DNA of 64,000 nucleotides from an uncultured Methylococcaceae bacterium (GCA_964619885.1 CAZUGA010000001.1:64516-128515), one strand, 5' to 3'. Positions 19,424 through 29,923 are shown, counted from the first letter of the stretch. Translations and numbers: made by a program. Notes: generated from the sequence alone by a model not told the origin.

Positions 19424-19446
19424 TAATTACCAAGCGATTTTGTCGT
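19424..19446. repeat. Left terminal inverted repeat of the IS remnant
   Basis: taattaccaagcgattttgtcgt is the reverse complement of 20549-20571 with one mismatch. A partial tandem copy (gagcgactttgtcgta) lies at 19405-19420. Confidence 0.65.
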
Positions 19447-19522
19447 AAATTAATTACCGAGGGAAATTGACGGATCTAAATAATCAGTGATTCTCTGAAG
19501 TATTCGTTGGAATATTTGGGGA

Positions 19523-20103
19523 TTGCAGAGGATGATTATTATGGATTCCAAAGCCCAGTTAACCGTCGACATTATTGCCAAGGTTGCTGACGGCAAAATA
19601 ACTTTTGTCAATGCCGCCAGGTTGCTCAATAAATACCGCAGAACCATCGAAAGGTATTTGGAAAAATATCGAAAAGTAGGCCTCCAAGAAAAGGCCGAGT
19701 TGAGCGCTCGTTTGACACCTTTCAGGACAGACTCATCCCTGAGCTAAGGCTCAATAATATTGAAGAGATGTCCAGTGCTAACCGGTATCTACAGGATGTG
19801 TTTATCCCGCAGTATTGGCAACAAAATATTGAGGTGATGGCGCGCAACGAAGCCTTTGGATTTACGCCGATTCCGGAGCACATCAACCTGAATGAGGTCT
19901 GCGTCATGAAGGATTATCGAAAAATACGCAGTGATCATACTTTCAGCTACGGCAACAAATTCTACCGAATTGAATCGCCACTCAAGCGCAGCATTGCAAA
20001 ACAACGCATTGAAATAAGGACCCACAATAATAAGAGCTTCACTGCGTACTTCGCAGGAAGACGCTTAGCCGTCTCTGAGGTCATTGAGCCCACCCAGCCT
20101 TCA
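19523..20103 (+). pseudogene. ISNCY-family transposase, internally deleted and frameshifted
   Basis: The N-terminal HTH piece (MDSKAQLTVDIIAKVADGKITFVNAARLLNKYRRTIERYLEKYRK) joins out of frame near 19690 to the C-terminal piece (GRVERSFDTFQDRLIPELRLNN...HTFSYGNKFYRIESPLK...FTAYFAGRRL). The central catalytic core is missing. Confidence 0.6.
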
Positions 20104-20499
20104 ATGTTTGATTTGGACATCCGGAAGAAACTGGATGTGTTAAAGCTGGCCGACGAGCTGATTAACGTCACCGAGGCCGCCAGAATAAGCGGCGTCTCTC
20201 GCGATACCATTTACAGGCACAGACAAATTCTCAAGAATCATGGCCCTGAGGGGCTCAAGCGCCAAATGGCCAAGGACCATCACCACAAAAATCGAGCGGA
20301 TAAGAATCTAGAAAAAACCGTCGTAGGATTTTCTCTGGACAACCCCCATTTGGGTCAATCTCAAGCCTCTCGGCAAATGAAAAAGATTTATAAAATCGAT
20401 ATCAGCCCGAGCGGTGTTCGGGGCATATGGCTTCGAGCACAAATGCAAACAACAGCCCTCAGACCCCAGAAATCAAATTCTATGGCCGTTGGCAGTTGA
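20104..20499 (+). pseudogene. N-terminal fragment of an IS481-like transposase
   Basis: HTH region (VTEAARISGVSRDTIYRHRQILKNHGPEGLKRQ ... SLDNPHLGQSQASRQMKK...ISPSGVRGIWLR) and then a stop. There is no DDE domain. It reads in frame with the preceding ISNCY remnant. Confidence 0.5.
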
Positions 20500-20548
20500 C
20501 CGATAAACAACATAGATTGTTCTTTAAGAATTCCTTTGTTACGCTGTC

Positions 20549-20571
20549 ACGACAAAGTCGCTTGGTAATTA
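20549..20571. repeat. Right terminal inverted repeat of the IS remnant
   Basis: acgacaaagtcgcttggtaatta pairs with 19424-19446. Confidence 0.65.
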
Positions 20572-20697
20572 GTCCGCCTGTTTCCCTGGGTAATGACACA
20601 GTACAGGTTAAGTAACCCAGCTGGAAACCTCTATAAATTGCTGGTCATCATAGATAATCGATTAGCGTTTCAACGGTTTGGTCCTAAAATTCGGATC

Positions 20698-21018
20698 TCA
20701 TGTTGTTCCATCTGCTTGGTATCGGTTCTCGGTTAGGCGATCGAGTGATTCCAATAGTCCGCCTTTTGAATAAACCTTTTCTATCATCATACGACTAATT
20801 TTTACACAGCATTCAATTGGGTTATTGCTGCGTTCTATTTCAACATCGATGCGCCATTGAAGACCTCGAAGACGTTGATGCATGGTCGCTGGTGCGGCGT
20901 TTATCGCAGTTTCGATCGCTATTCGACGTTGTCTTTCAAATTCTTCTGGCTCATCCCTGGCAAGTTGCATCCACTTGTCGAAATCGTATTCTGTCGCGCT
21001 ATTTTCATTATTATGCAT
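20698..21018 (-). CDS. DUF3135-like small protein
   Basis: About 106 aa from MHNNENS (ATG 21018, aggaga 5 nt upstream). FDKWMQLARDEPEEFERQRR...LRGLQWRID resembles my recollection of the DUF3135 signature. Confidence 0.55.
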   Translation of the reverse strand: MHNNENSATEYDFDKWMQLARDEPEEFERQRRIAIETAINAAPATMHQRLRGLQWRIDVEIERSNNPIECCVKISRMMIEKVYSKGGLLESLDRLTENRYQADGTT

Positions 21019-21272
21019 GACATTCTCCTGAGCAGTTAATCTTATTAAATCATGTAACGTTGCATTTAAGCTCAAGATTTATAGCAATAATGGCACCATG
21101 CTTATAAGTAATTGTAAATATGAAAAAAAATATCCTTGGGGCCCGGATTGATTTGCTTCGGTCGTTTAACTGTAAAAATTTTTGACAAAAATCACTCCGT
21201 GTCCGCGTTGTAGGTATCAATAGCAGGTAATAGGCCTACTCGCAACCGTGGGTTGTCAATTTCTACACGAAT

Positions 21273-23906
21273 CTAAACTTCCGGATCTTTCTCAACGGGC
21301 TTGGGTTCCGATTGGTTTAGGTTTTCGGTTTTCTCGTCTTGCTGCTGATTTTCCTTGCTGTTCGAGTTGGTTGATTCCTGTTTTTCGCTGGACGAGACCG
21401 GTTTTGAATCTCTGGGCCGTCTTCTGGACGAGCGACGGTTTCTAGCGGACGGACTCCGGGTTCTGCTGCGGTTTTGTCTTGGTCTAGGCTGTTGCGGATC
21501 ATTTCCATTTTTTGGTCGCTCCGGATTACCATTTTTCTCGTCAACTTCTGCAGATTCTGGCGTCGAATGCACTGATTTCAATTCAAAAGGTGGGCTTGTA
21601 TCGGGATTATTTGGTGTCCAGTTCGTTTGCTCCTGATTGGTAGATTGCTCAGTATTTGCATTTGACCGTGTTGGTGTAGCTGCTTGTTGTTTCGGAGCGT
21701 CGGGTGGGTTCTTCGATTCATAACGAGCATTATCCGAGTCGGAATTTACACGAGCAAGTTTGATTTCGCTGGAATCAGGCTGTGATGTAGTTTCAACATT
21801 GATGTTACTCACAGCACCGGCTTTGGCGATCGAACCATCATTGGGCAACTTTTGGGGTTTGTCTGCGTCGTTACTGGATGAATTCTTCTGGTTTTCGGAT
21901 TGATTCCTATCTCGGTAATTACGATCAGTTGATGCACCGCTGCGTCTAGGCCGGCGTCGTCGGCTAGGCGTTCTTTTGTTGTTGTCCTGCTTGTTGTCAA
22001 CTTTTTGATCGTCGGATTTTACGGTATTGCCAATACCCGTTTCGCCTTTTTGTGTCTGTTCTGTGCGGTTTGCTGACCTAGAATTATCGCGAGGTCGTCT
22101 CGGTTTTCTGCCTGATCGACGATTGTCCGAACGATTTCTATTTCCAGACGCATTCCGGTTTGATGGTCTGTTCTTGGGTCGTTCCTGTCCCGATTCTTTA
22201 GCGTGTTTGTCGTCTTTGGATTTGTCGGTATCTTTGCGGCCAACGATTTTTTTCCAGAATCTTTTGATCAAATTATCAGAATTCTTGCGCCGCACCACTG
22301 GGGCCGGTGATTCGGGTAAGAACTCCTTGACTGCAGGTTCTTCAGGTTTGGCAGTCGTTTGCTGCACAAAATCGGGCAGGTCGGGTTCGTCAGCTTTGAT
22401 TTGTTGATAACTGCTTTGTTCTTCTACCGCGTCTTTGGTTCGAACTCTTTGCAAATCGTACGACGGAGTTTCTAGGTGTTTATTTGGAAGTATTACCACC
22501 GAAACGTTATGTCTGCGTTCAATCTGATCGACTACGGGCCGCTTTTCGTTCAACAGAAATGTTGCCGAATCGACAGGCAGATTTGCGATAATCTTCTCGG
22601 TGTTTTTCTTCATCGCATCTTCTTCGATGATTCGTAATACCGATAATGCTAATGACTCTACGCTACGAATCGAACCATTCCCTTTGCACCGGGGGCAAAC
22701 TAATTGGCTGGATTCTCCTAGCGAAGGCCTTAGCCTTTGTCTAGACATTTCCAGCAATCCGAATCTGGAAATTCGACCCATTTGTACCCGCGCACGATCG
22801 ATCTTTACCGCATCCCTAAATTGGTTCTCAACAGCGCGTTGATTTCGTGAAGCCATCATGTCGATAAAATCAATCACGAAAAGGCCGCCTAAGTCACGCA
22901 ATCTCAGTTGACGGGCTATTTCGAGCGCGGCTTCGAGATTAGTGTTTAATGCGGTTTCTTCGATGTCGGAGCCTTTGGTCGCGCGTGCGGAATTGATATC
23001 GATCGATGTCAATGCTTCGGTATGGTCGATAACAATCGCGCCGCCAGATGGCAGTGGTACCGTTCTGTCGTAAGCCATTTCGATCTGGCTTTCGATTTGA
23101 TAGCGGCTAAACAACGGTACCGCATCTTCGTACAAATTCGCTTTATCCAAGCACGGTGGCATCACCTGTTGCAGGAAATTTCGAACAAGCCTGAATGTTG
23201 CAGGGTTGTCGATCAAAATCTCGTCGATATCCCCACGAAGATGATCCCTCAATGCCCGGATGATGACATTGCTTTCCTGAAAAATTAGGAAGGGGGCGGA
23301 TTTTTCCTGTGCCGAGCGGTCGATCGCGTCCCATAATTGCAAAAGGTAGTTTAAATCCCATTGCAATTCTTCGGGGCTTTTGCCGCCACCGGCGGTCCGC
23401 ACGATTAAGCCCATTCCTTCGGGAATTTCCAACGAATTCATTATTTCCCGCAGGTCAGTGCGGCTGTCATCGTCTATACGCCTGGAAATCCCTCCCGCCC
23501 TCGGGTTGTTGGGCATCAGCACTAAATAGCTGCCAGGGAGGCTTAGAAATGTTGTCAGCGCTGCTCCTTTATTACCCCGCTCCTCTTTTTCAATTTGGAC
23601 GACGACTTCCAGACCTTCGCTGATCAGGTCTTTGATATTGCGTCTACCTTTCGATCCCTGTAAAGGTTCTGAGAAAAAATCCGAAGAAATCTCTTTGAAC
23701 GGCAAGAAACCATGACGTTCAGCACCATAATCTACGAAAGCTGCTTCGAGACTGGGTTCTATACGTGTAATCGTACCTTTATAGATATTTGATTTCTTTT
23801 GTTCTTTAGACGGTACCTCGATGTCGAAATCGTAAAGTTTCTGGCCATCTACCAAGGCAACACGCAGCTCTTCTGGCTGTGTGGCGTTGATAAGCATTCT
23901 TTTCAT
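21273..23906 (-). CDS. rne: Ribonuclease E
   Basis: 877 aa. The N-terminus [30 protein letters not shown] and the catalytic half (S1 domain, DNase-I-like region, CPRCxG zinc link) are classic RNase E. The C-terminal half is low-complexity, Arg/Ser/Asn/Pro-rich scaffold. Confidence 0.97.
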   Translation of the reverse strand: MKRMLINATQPEELRVALVDGQKLYDFDIEVPSKEQKKSNIYKGTITRIEPSLEAAFVDYGAERHGFLPFKEISSDFFSEPLQGSKGRRNIKDLISEGLEVVVQIEKEERGNKGAALTTFLSLPGSYLVLMPNNPRAGGISRRIDDDSRTDLREIMNSLEIPEGMGLIVRTAGGGKSPEELQWDLNYLLQLWDAIDRSAQEKSAPFLIFQESNVIIRALRDHLRGDIDEILIDNPATFRLVRNFLQQVMPPCLDKANLYEDAVPLFSRYQIESQIEMAYDRTVPLPSGGAIVIDHTEALTSIDINSARATKGSDIEETALNTNLEAALEIARQLRLRDLGGLFVIDFIDMMASRNQRAVENQFRDAVKIDRARVQMGRISRFGLLEMSRQRLRPSLGESSQLVCPRCKGNGSIRSVESLALSVLRIIEEDAMKKNTEKIIANLPVDSATFLLNEKRPVVDQIERRHNVSVVILPNKHLETPSYDLQRVRTKDAVEEQSSYQQIKADEPDLPDFVQQTTAKPEEPAVKEFLPESPAPVVRRKNSDNLIKRFWKKIVGRKDTDKSKDDKHAKESGQERPKNRPSNRNASGNRNRSDNRRSGRKPRRPRDNSRSANRTEQTQKGETGIGNTVKSDDQKVDNKQDNNKRTPSRRRRPRRSGASTDRNYRDRNQSENQKNSSSNDADKPQKLPNDGSIAKAGAVSNINVETTSQPDSSEIKLARVNSDSDNARYESKNPPDAPKQQAATPTRSNANTEQSTNQEQTNWTPNNPDTSPPFELKSVHSTPESAEVDEKNGNPERPKNGNDPQQPRPRQNRSRTRSPSARNRRSSRRRPRDSKPVSSSEKQESTNSNSKENQQQDEKTENLNQSEPKPVEKDPEV

Positions 23907-24400
23907 TATGTGATTCTTCCATAGGCGTCCCAGCGTATGAATGAAGTATAACGCGGCGGGCTAGATTCAATCGGTTTAGGCGATCTTTTTGCATGAGATT
24001 TGGAATAAAATTCGCGTGATCCTAGTTGATTGATAGGCGTTGGGTCGTTAATATCTTTGCGCTATTTAAATCCGTTCCGAGTACGTCACCGGTGGGCTTA
24101 ATCTACCTGTTTGATTTGGTAGCATTTGCTCTCTCCCGGTTCTTCTATTTCAATTGTACGTTTTAGACGCGTAATTCGCCCATCATGGGTTGGGCGATAA
24201 AACCCGAACTTGTTGCTGCATTGCACCGAGTCGGCGGCTAGTGTTCGCTTAGGTCTGGTGACTGGGTTGAAAAAAGCAGCTTTTCTTTAAAGTCATTTTA
24301 ATGGCTACTGGAGTTGTGGTAGCCATGGATTGCGTATTCGTTTATTTTCATTTTTTAAGTCCTACTCCGGGACTTATGGCAGGTAGGGTTAGTTCCTCAC
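23907..24400 (-). promoter_or_regulatory. Probable long structured rne 5' leader / promoter region
   Basis: 596-bp gap between divergent rne and rluC, with no credible ORF. Several stem-loops are visible, e.g. atggctac/gtagccat at 24301-24326. E. coli rne has a long autoregulatory leader in the same gene arrangement. Confidence 0.35.
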
Positions 24401-24502
24401 TCTCTATGCCAGGGAAAGGCATTCCTTTGTAAATTAGCATGATACTATAACAATCTTAGTTTAAACCATCAATTTCGGTGGTGATACTGTTATTATTTTG
24501 CT

Positions 24503-25456
24503 ATGGAAGAAAATGAATCCGTCAATTTCAGCGTCCAAATCGTAGAGATTGACGAGACTAGTGCGATGCAACGTATCGATAATTTTTTGATTTGTCACCT
24601 CAAAGGCGTTCCAAAGAGCCGCATCTACCGTATGTTGCGCAAGGGTGAAGTTAGGGTCAACAAAGGCCGTACCAAGGCAAAATATCGGCTGAATAACGGT
24701 GATATAGTTCGAATTCCGCCGGTCCATATGGTGGTGAACGAAAAACCATCAGTGTCGAATGGTTTGTTGCAGAAAAAATTGGGCGGACGGATATTGTACG
24801 AAGACGAACATTTGATTGTGTTTAACAAACCCTCGGGAACTGCGGTTCATGGAGGAAGTGGTCTTCAATTTGGTGTTATAGAGGGTTTACGCCAGATGAG
24901 ACCCAATGATCGCTTTTTAGAGTTGGTGCATCGGTTGGATCGCGATACTTCAGGGTGTTTGCTGATCGCAAAAAAACGCAGTGCGTTGCGGCGATTGCAC
25001 GAACTATTTCGAGATGATGAGGTGAGCAAACGTTATTCGGCTTTATTGTCTGGCCATATGCAGGCCGCAACGATCCATGTTGATAAACCATTGTTGAAAA
25101 ACATTATGAAAGGTGGTGAGCGAATGGTCGCGGTCTCTCAAAATGGTAAACGCTCATCAACTTTCTTTTATGCCAAGCGTAAATTTTCCATGGCTACCTT
25201 GGTTGAAGTGAGACCCAAAACTGGGCGCACGCATCAAATTAGGGTTCATGCAGCGCATATTGGGTGCCCGATTGTCGGGGACGATCGATATGGTAACGGT
25301 GATGTCAACCGCAAATTTAGCCAATATGGATTAAAAAGATTGTTCTTGCACGCATCCAGCCTTCGCTTTAAGCATCCTGCGACGGGTGATGATATGACGG
25401 CCCAGGCGCCGTTAGACAATCATCTGATCGAACTTTTAGATAAATTGGACGTGTGA
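24503..25456 (+). CDS. rluC: 23S rRNA pseudouridine synthase, RluA family (RluC-like)
   Basis: 317 aa with an N-terminal S4 domain and the catalytic HRLDRDTSGCLLIAK. Divergent from rne as in enterobacteria. Confidence 0.85.
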   Translation: MEENESVNFSVQIVEIDETSAMQRIDNFLICHLKGVPKSRIYRMLRKGEVRVNKGRTKAKYRLNNGDIVRIPPVHMVVNEKPSVSNGLLQKKLGGRILYEDEHLIVFNKPSGTAVHGGSGLQFGVIEGLRQMRPNDRFLELVHRLDRDTSGCLLIAKKRSALRRLHELFRDDEVSKRYSALLSGHMQAATIHVDKPLLKNIMKGGERMVAVSQNGKRSSTFFYAKRKFSMATLVEVRPKTGRTHQIRVHAAHIGCPIVGDDRYGNGDVNRKFSQYGLKRLFLHASSLRFKHPATGDDMTAQAPLDNHLIELLDKLDV

Positions 25457-26148
25457 GTCAAATTTTCAAGTTGTTGGTTTTCGATTGGGATGGAACGCTG
25501 ATGGATTCGGTGCATCGCATTGTTGATTGTATCAAGCGATCTGCAGTGCATTGTAGATGTAGAGTGCCGTCCGACCGGGAATGCCGGAATATAATCGGTC
25601 TGGGATTGGATGAAGCGTTGGAGACATTGTTTCCAGGGTCATCTGCCAGTACGAAAAATGACCTGATAGAAAGTTACAGAACGTTGTTTTTGAATCAGAC
25701 CATGGGGCCAGGGGATTTATTTGCAGGTGTTTCGGATTTGTTATCACGGCTTAAAGCCGAGGGGTATCTACTGGCAATTGCAACTGGAAAAGGTCGGTCG
25801 GGTCTGGGAATTGCAATGCAAAAGACCGGGATACAGGACATGTTTGACGCTTCCAGGTGTGCGGACGAAACCGCGTCAAAGCCAGCCCCAGCGATGTTGC
25901 TGGAACTTATGGATCAATGTGGTGTGACCAATGATCAGACCTTGATGATCGGTGATACTGTACACGATCTCAAAATGGCAAAAAATGCTGGAGTCAACGC
26001 GGTGGCAGTGACTTGTGGGGCTGACGAAAAACGTACGCTAATGCAATTTGCCCCACTCGGTTGTTTGGCGCAAACCGCCGATCTGGCTAACTTTCTGTGT
26101 TGTCATACGGTAAGTGAAGCATTCAGCAATGGCAAGCGGACATTTTAA
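25453..26148 (+). CDS. HAD-superfamily hydrolase (phosphoglycolate-phosphatase-like)
   Basis: 231 aa with motif I FDWDGTLMDS, motif III K, and motif IV GDTVHD. The start overlaps the rluC stop by 4 nt. Confidence 0.8.
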   Translation: MSQIFKLLVFDWDGTLMDSVHRIVDCIKRSAVHCRCRVPSDRECRNIIGLGLDEALETLFPGSSASTKNDLIESYRTLFLNQTMGPGDLFAGVSDLLSRLKAEGYLLAIATGKGRSGLGIAMQKTGIQDMFDASRCADETASKPAPAMLLELMDQCGVTNDQTLMIGDTVHDLKMAKNAGVNAVAVTCGADEKRTLMQFAPLGCLAQTADLANFLCCHTVSEAFSNGKRTF

Positions 26149-26280
26149 GCGCCCATCTAGATAAACGAAGCGGAACAGCAGTGATCGGGAATGCAAGCTA
26201 TGCTTGGTCAAAAAAACGATAAAATGCCAAATGTCTCAACTTAAGCAGAGGCCCTGTGGATTAAATAGATCAGAGGAATA

Positions 26281-27264
26281 ATGATGACAGATGAAAAAGA
26301 CCAAAGCGTATCGAATGAGCTACCGACCGGTAAAAACGCGCATTGGGAGCGAAGCGTAATCGAAAAACTTGCGTTTGCTGCTGTTACCGAACAACGAAGA
26401 GCTCGTCGCTGGGGTATCTTCTTCAAATCCTTGCTTTTTGTGTATCTGCTGGCGGTATTAGGGGTGGCGATGAATCCATTCGGCAAATCGTCTCTTAAAA
26501 CTGGAACGATGCACACCGCGGTTGTTGATGTGAGAGGCGTAATTTCAGAAACAACCGCGACTAGCGCTAGTATGATTATCGAAGGTTTAAAATCCGCGTT
26601 TGATGATGAAAATACCAAAGGAATTATTCTACGGATGAATACTCCGGGCGGAAGCCCGGTTCAGTCCGATTACGTTTATCACGAGATCCGGCGCATGAAA
26701 AAGGAGCGTCCAGATCTGCCAATATATGCCGTTGTCTCCGATGTGTGTGCGTCCGGTGGTTACTATATTGCGTCGGCAGCAGACAAGATATTTGTCAATG
26801 AATCCAGTCTTATAGGTTCCATAGGCGTGATAATGAATGGATTTGGTTTTGTTAATGCGATGGAGAAATTAGGTGTGGAGCGGCGATTGCTGATTGCCGG
26901 GGATCATAAGGCTTTGCTTGATCCATTTTCAGCCGTGAGCAGTGAAGAAAAAACCCACGTTCAGGGTTTGTTAACGCGCGTGCATGAACAATTCATCAAT
27001 GCGGTTCGTGCTGGGCGCGGCGATCGTTTGAAAAATGACCCTGAAATTTTTAGTGGTTTGATATGGACAGGTGCCGATAGCATTGAATTGGGTTTGGCTG
27101 ACAGTGTTGGGAATACCCGATCCGTGGCTAAAGATATTATCGGGGCGGAAGAGTTGGTAAATTTTACACCACGGGAAAAGTTAATCGATCGTCTGGCTGG
27201 CCAGGTTGGAGTGATGATGGGGCGAATGTTTAGTGAGGTGACTGCGGTGAAAATGCAGTTTTGA
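26281..27264 (+). CDS. sppA: Signal peptide peptidase SppA, 36K type (S49 peptidase)
   Basis: 327 aa with an N-terminal TM segment, NTPGGS, and the nucleophile context CASGGYYIASAADKI. Confidence 0.85.
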   Translation: MMTDEKDQSVSNELPTGKNAHWERSVIEKLAFAAVTEQRRARRWGIFFKSLLFVYLLAVLGVAMNPFGKSSLKTGTMHTAVVDVRGVISETTATSASMIIEGLKSAFDDENTKGIILRMNTPGGSPVQSDYVYHEIRRMKKERPDLPIYAVVSDVCASGGYYIASAADKIFVNESSLIGSIGVIMNGFGFVNAMEKLGVERRLLIAGDHKALLDPFSAVSSEEKTHVQGLLTRVHEQFINAVRAGRGDRLKNDPEIFSGLIWTGADSIELGLADSVGNTRSVAKDIIGAEELVNFTPREKLIDRLAGQVGVMMGRMFSEVTAVKMQF

Positions 27265-27460
27265 TGGTGCAAATTCAAATTTAGTTTTACCGGGTTAATG
27301 AATCGCGAAATAGAATTTAGGAATATTTGGACAAAGCTTGTGCCATGCGTCTGAAGTATTTATTTTCTAAAAGATATGAATGCAGATATCCGAATACCTT
27401 GATGTTGCGTATGGGAGCTGGCGTTCAATTGGAAACACTTACGCAATTATTAGGTGTGTT

Positions 27461-27754
27461 ATGAAAATAAAACGCATCGCCGTATTATTTTGGCTGGCGG
27501 TATTGTGCAATAACGCTGCTATCTATGCAGCGGGCTTCATTCCAGCATCTTTTTTGGTCGCTGGGTTGAGTCTGGAACAAGCTGTCAGTAAGGTACAAGA
27601 CTTGGAGGGTGGGCGAGTGTTGGGTGCTCGGACCGAGATAGTGGGTGATAAGAAAATTCATACTATCAAAATATTGTCACCCGATGGTAGTCGCGTGCGC
27701 CAAATTAGAGTGGATTCAAAGTCTGGAGAGATTGACTCAACCGGTGAACAATAA
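27461..27754 (+). CDS. Small secreted PepSY-domain protein
   Basis: About 97 aa from MKIKRIAVLF (signal peptide). The layout is PepSY-like (LSLEQAVSKVQDLEGGRVLGARTE...IHTIKILSPDGSRVRQIRVDSKSGEI). It lies directly upstream of a two-component system. Confidence 0.6.
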   Translation: MKIKRIAVLFWLAVLCNNAAIYAAGFIPASFLVAGLSLEQAVSKVQDLEGGRVLGARTEIVGDKKIHTIKILSPDGSRVRQIRVDSKSGEIDSTGEQ

Positions 27755-27828
27755 GAGAAGATTCAATCTGGTTGGGTTTGTCGGTGTAGATTGTTTGATT
27801 CTTCGGGGAATGCGTTTAGGACAGGCTT

Positions 27829-28497
27829 ATGCGGGTATTGGTGGTTGAAGACGAGCTCATTTTGAGCGAGCAACTGAAGCTGTATTTGGTCAATAATGGC
27901 TTCGTTGTTGATCGGGCTAGTACTGGCGAAGAAGGCTACTATCTTGGTTGCGAATATCCGATGGATGTGGCGATTATAGATTTGGGATTGCCGGATTTTT
28001 CCGGAATTGAACTTATCGGACGATTGAGGAAATCCGGTCAGGCCTATCCGATTCTGATCTTAACCGCGCGAACACGTTGGCAAGAAAAGGTTGAAGGATT
28101 AGAAGCCGGCGCTGACGATTACATGATTAAACCGTTTCATTATGAGGAATTACTCGCTCGATTAAACGCGTTGATCCGCCGAGCGGCGGGAAAATCGCAT
28201 CCGGTCATTCAAGCTGGTGCTATCGAACTAGATACAGCGTCCCAGTTAGTGCGGGTAAATGGCGATGAGCTGGATTTGACTGCGTATGAATACAAGGTAC
28301 TGGAGTATTTGATGTTGCATCAAGGTGACGTGATTTCCAAGACTGTATTGACCGAACACATCTATGAACAAGATTTTGATCGGGATAGCAACGTGATCGA
28401 GGTATTTATCGGACGGTTGCGAAAAAAACTTGATCCCGGTGGTAATCTACAGCCGATTGAAACTTTAAGGGGCAGGGGATACCGGTTTTCCGTGTGA
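27829..28497 (+). CDS. OmpR/PhoB-family response regulator (PhoP-like)
   Basis: 222 aa. Receiver domain (VVEDE...DVAIIDLGLPD...KP) plus a winged-helix output domain (LTAYEYKVLEYL...RGRGYRF). Confidence 0.88.
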   Translation: MRVLVVEDELILSEQLKLYLVNNGFVVDRASTGEEGYYLGCEYPMDVAIIDLGLPDFSGIELIGRLRKSGQAYPILILTARTRWQEKVEGLEAGADDYMIKPFHYEELLARLNALIRRAAGKSHPVIQAGAIELDTASQLVRVNGDELDLTAYEYKVLEYLMLHQGDVISKTVLTEHIYEQDFDRDSNVIEVFIGRLRKKLDPGGNLQPIETLRGRGYRFSV

Positions 28498-29849
28498 AGG
28501 GATCCCTGAGCCTGCGGTTGTTATTTTCAGCCAGTTTTATATTGATTGCTTTTTTTGGGGCTGCTGGAATAGCATTGGAAAACGCGTTCAAAAAGGGCGC
28601 CGAACAAGGTATGAGAGAACGATTGCAGGTCCATATTTATGCGTTACTATCAGCCGCGAACCTAGATTCTTCAGCCCATCTTAATTTGCCGTCATCATTG
28701 CCCGAGGCACGATTTTCTCACCCCGGTTCCGGGTTGTACGCGGCTGTATTTAATGCGAATGGTGTAACGATCTGGCAGTCTAAATCAGCAATAGGGGTCA
28801 ATATAAAGCCGATGTTTGGGTTACAGGCCGGTCAAGTTAAATATTTGAATATAAATCAAGAACAGGCAACTTTATATTATCCTGTTGTATGGGAGAACGA
28901 TCGAGGTACGGATAATAAATATTTATTCGCCGTTGCTGAAGATACCGAGGTTGTAATTAGACAGGTGACAGGATTTCGTTCAACGCTGTGGTGGTGGTTG
29001 GGTGGAATCGGCTGTCTGTTGTTATTTGTTCAGGTCGGGGTGCAGTACTGGGGTTTGTTGCCGCTACGTTCTATCGCAAAAGAATTGGAAGCTATTGAGA
29101 ACGGTGAAAAACGTAGACTCAGTGAGCAGTATCCCCGAGAGTTGCAGGGTGTTGCGGTCAATATGAATACGCTCTTAGAAAGTGAGCGGGCTCATTTAGA
29201 GCGATATCGCAATAGCTTGTCGAATTTGGCTCATAGTCTGAAGACCCCATTGGCTATTTTACGGGGCTGCTGTACTACCGATTCGTCTTCTCCCGAGATT
29301 CATTCGACAATGAACGATCAAGTGCAGCGAATGGATAAATTGGTTGAATATCAGTTACAACGGGCTGCTGCGAGAGGCCAACAGAACCTGTCGGGTTCGA
29401 TCTCTATCATTCCGGTCATCGAAAAGATCGTAGCAGCCCTGGACAAGGTATACGCAGATAAAAGCGTGGTCAGCACGGTTCGAGCGGAAGGAAACGACCA
29501 ATTTTATTGTGATGAGGGTGATTTTTTCGAAATTGCCGGCAATTTGATTGATAATGCTTATAAATGGTGCAATAGACAAGTCTATATTACGCTCCAAATC
29601 GAAGCCGCCGCCAGCCGCAGAAACACATCATTAAACCTGGTTATTGAGGATGATGGTCCTGGGATTCCGGAAGCAAAGATCGCTCAGGTTCTTAAGCGCG
29701 GTATTCGTGCCGATCAACGGATCGAAGGTCATGGAATAGGTTTATCCGTAGTTCATGAACTCGTTCAACTTTCCGGGGGGCGGTTGGACGCGAGCCATAG
29801 TCCATATGGTGGTATGCGGTGGGAGGTTAGCTTGCCTAGCATGGTTTGA
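28494..29849 (+). CDS. Sensor histidine kinase, PhoQ-like
   Basis: 451 aa with two TM segments flanking a ~150-aa periplasmic domain. H-box LAHSLKTPLAIL resembles PhoQ. N-box NLIDNAYKW, G1 DDGPGI, G2 GHGIGL. 4-nt overlap with the regulator gene. Confidence 0.85.
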   Translation: MKGSLSLRLLFSASFILIAFFGAAGIALENAFKKGAEQGMRERLQVHIYALLSAANLDSSAHLNLPSSLPEARFSHPGSGLYAAVFNANGVTIWQSKSAIGVNIKPMFGLQAGQVKYLNINQEQATLYYPVVWENDRGTDNKYLFAVAEDTEVVIRQVTGFRSTLWWWLGGIGCLLLFVQVGVQYWGLLPLRSIAKELEAIENGEKRRLSEQYPRELQGVAVNMNTLLESERAHLERYRNSLSNLAHSLKTPLAILRGCCTTDSSSPEIHSTMNDQVQRMDKLVEYQLQRAAARGQQNLSGSISIIPVIEKIVAALDKVYADKSVVSTVRAEGNDQFYCDEGDFFEIAGNLIDNAYKWCNRQVYITLQIEAAASRRNTSLNLVIEDDGPGIPEAKIAQVLKRGIRADQRIEGHGIGLSVVHELVQLSGGRLDASHSPYGGMRWEVSLPSMV

Positions 29850-29904
29850 ATAATTAACCAAGGCATTCTTTAATAGAACTGAAACTGAAATAAAAGAATT
29901 TCTG

Positions 29905-29922
29905 TATCCGCGCGAGCGGATA
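29905..29922 (-). terminator. Weak candidate terminator after xoxJ
   Basis: tatccgc gcga gcggata hairpin 2 nt after the xoxJ stop. On the minus strand it is followed by cagaaattcttttatttc. Confidence 0.35.
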
Positions 29923-29923
29923 A

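Larger units (their letters stand above)
19424..20571 (+). mobile_element. Decayed nested insertion-sequence remnant (ISNCY-like with internal deletion, carrying an IS481-like fragment)
   Basis: Bounded by 23-bp imperfect inverted repeats. Contains only broken transposase reading frames (see the pseudogene entries). Confidence 0.65.

Noticed and set aside
19094-19433. Three mutually overlapping 74-97-aa ORFs on both strands
   Set aside because: Mutual overlap, Arg-rich low-complexity translations and the lack of start signals argue against coding. I kept this only as an unassigned-region finding.
21317-22407. Several 63-126-aa ORFs on both strands within the 3' half of rne
   Set aside because: They are by-products of the repetitive, compositionally biased DNA that encodes the Arg/Ser/Pro/Asn-rich RNase E scaffold domain.
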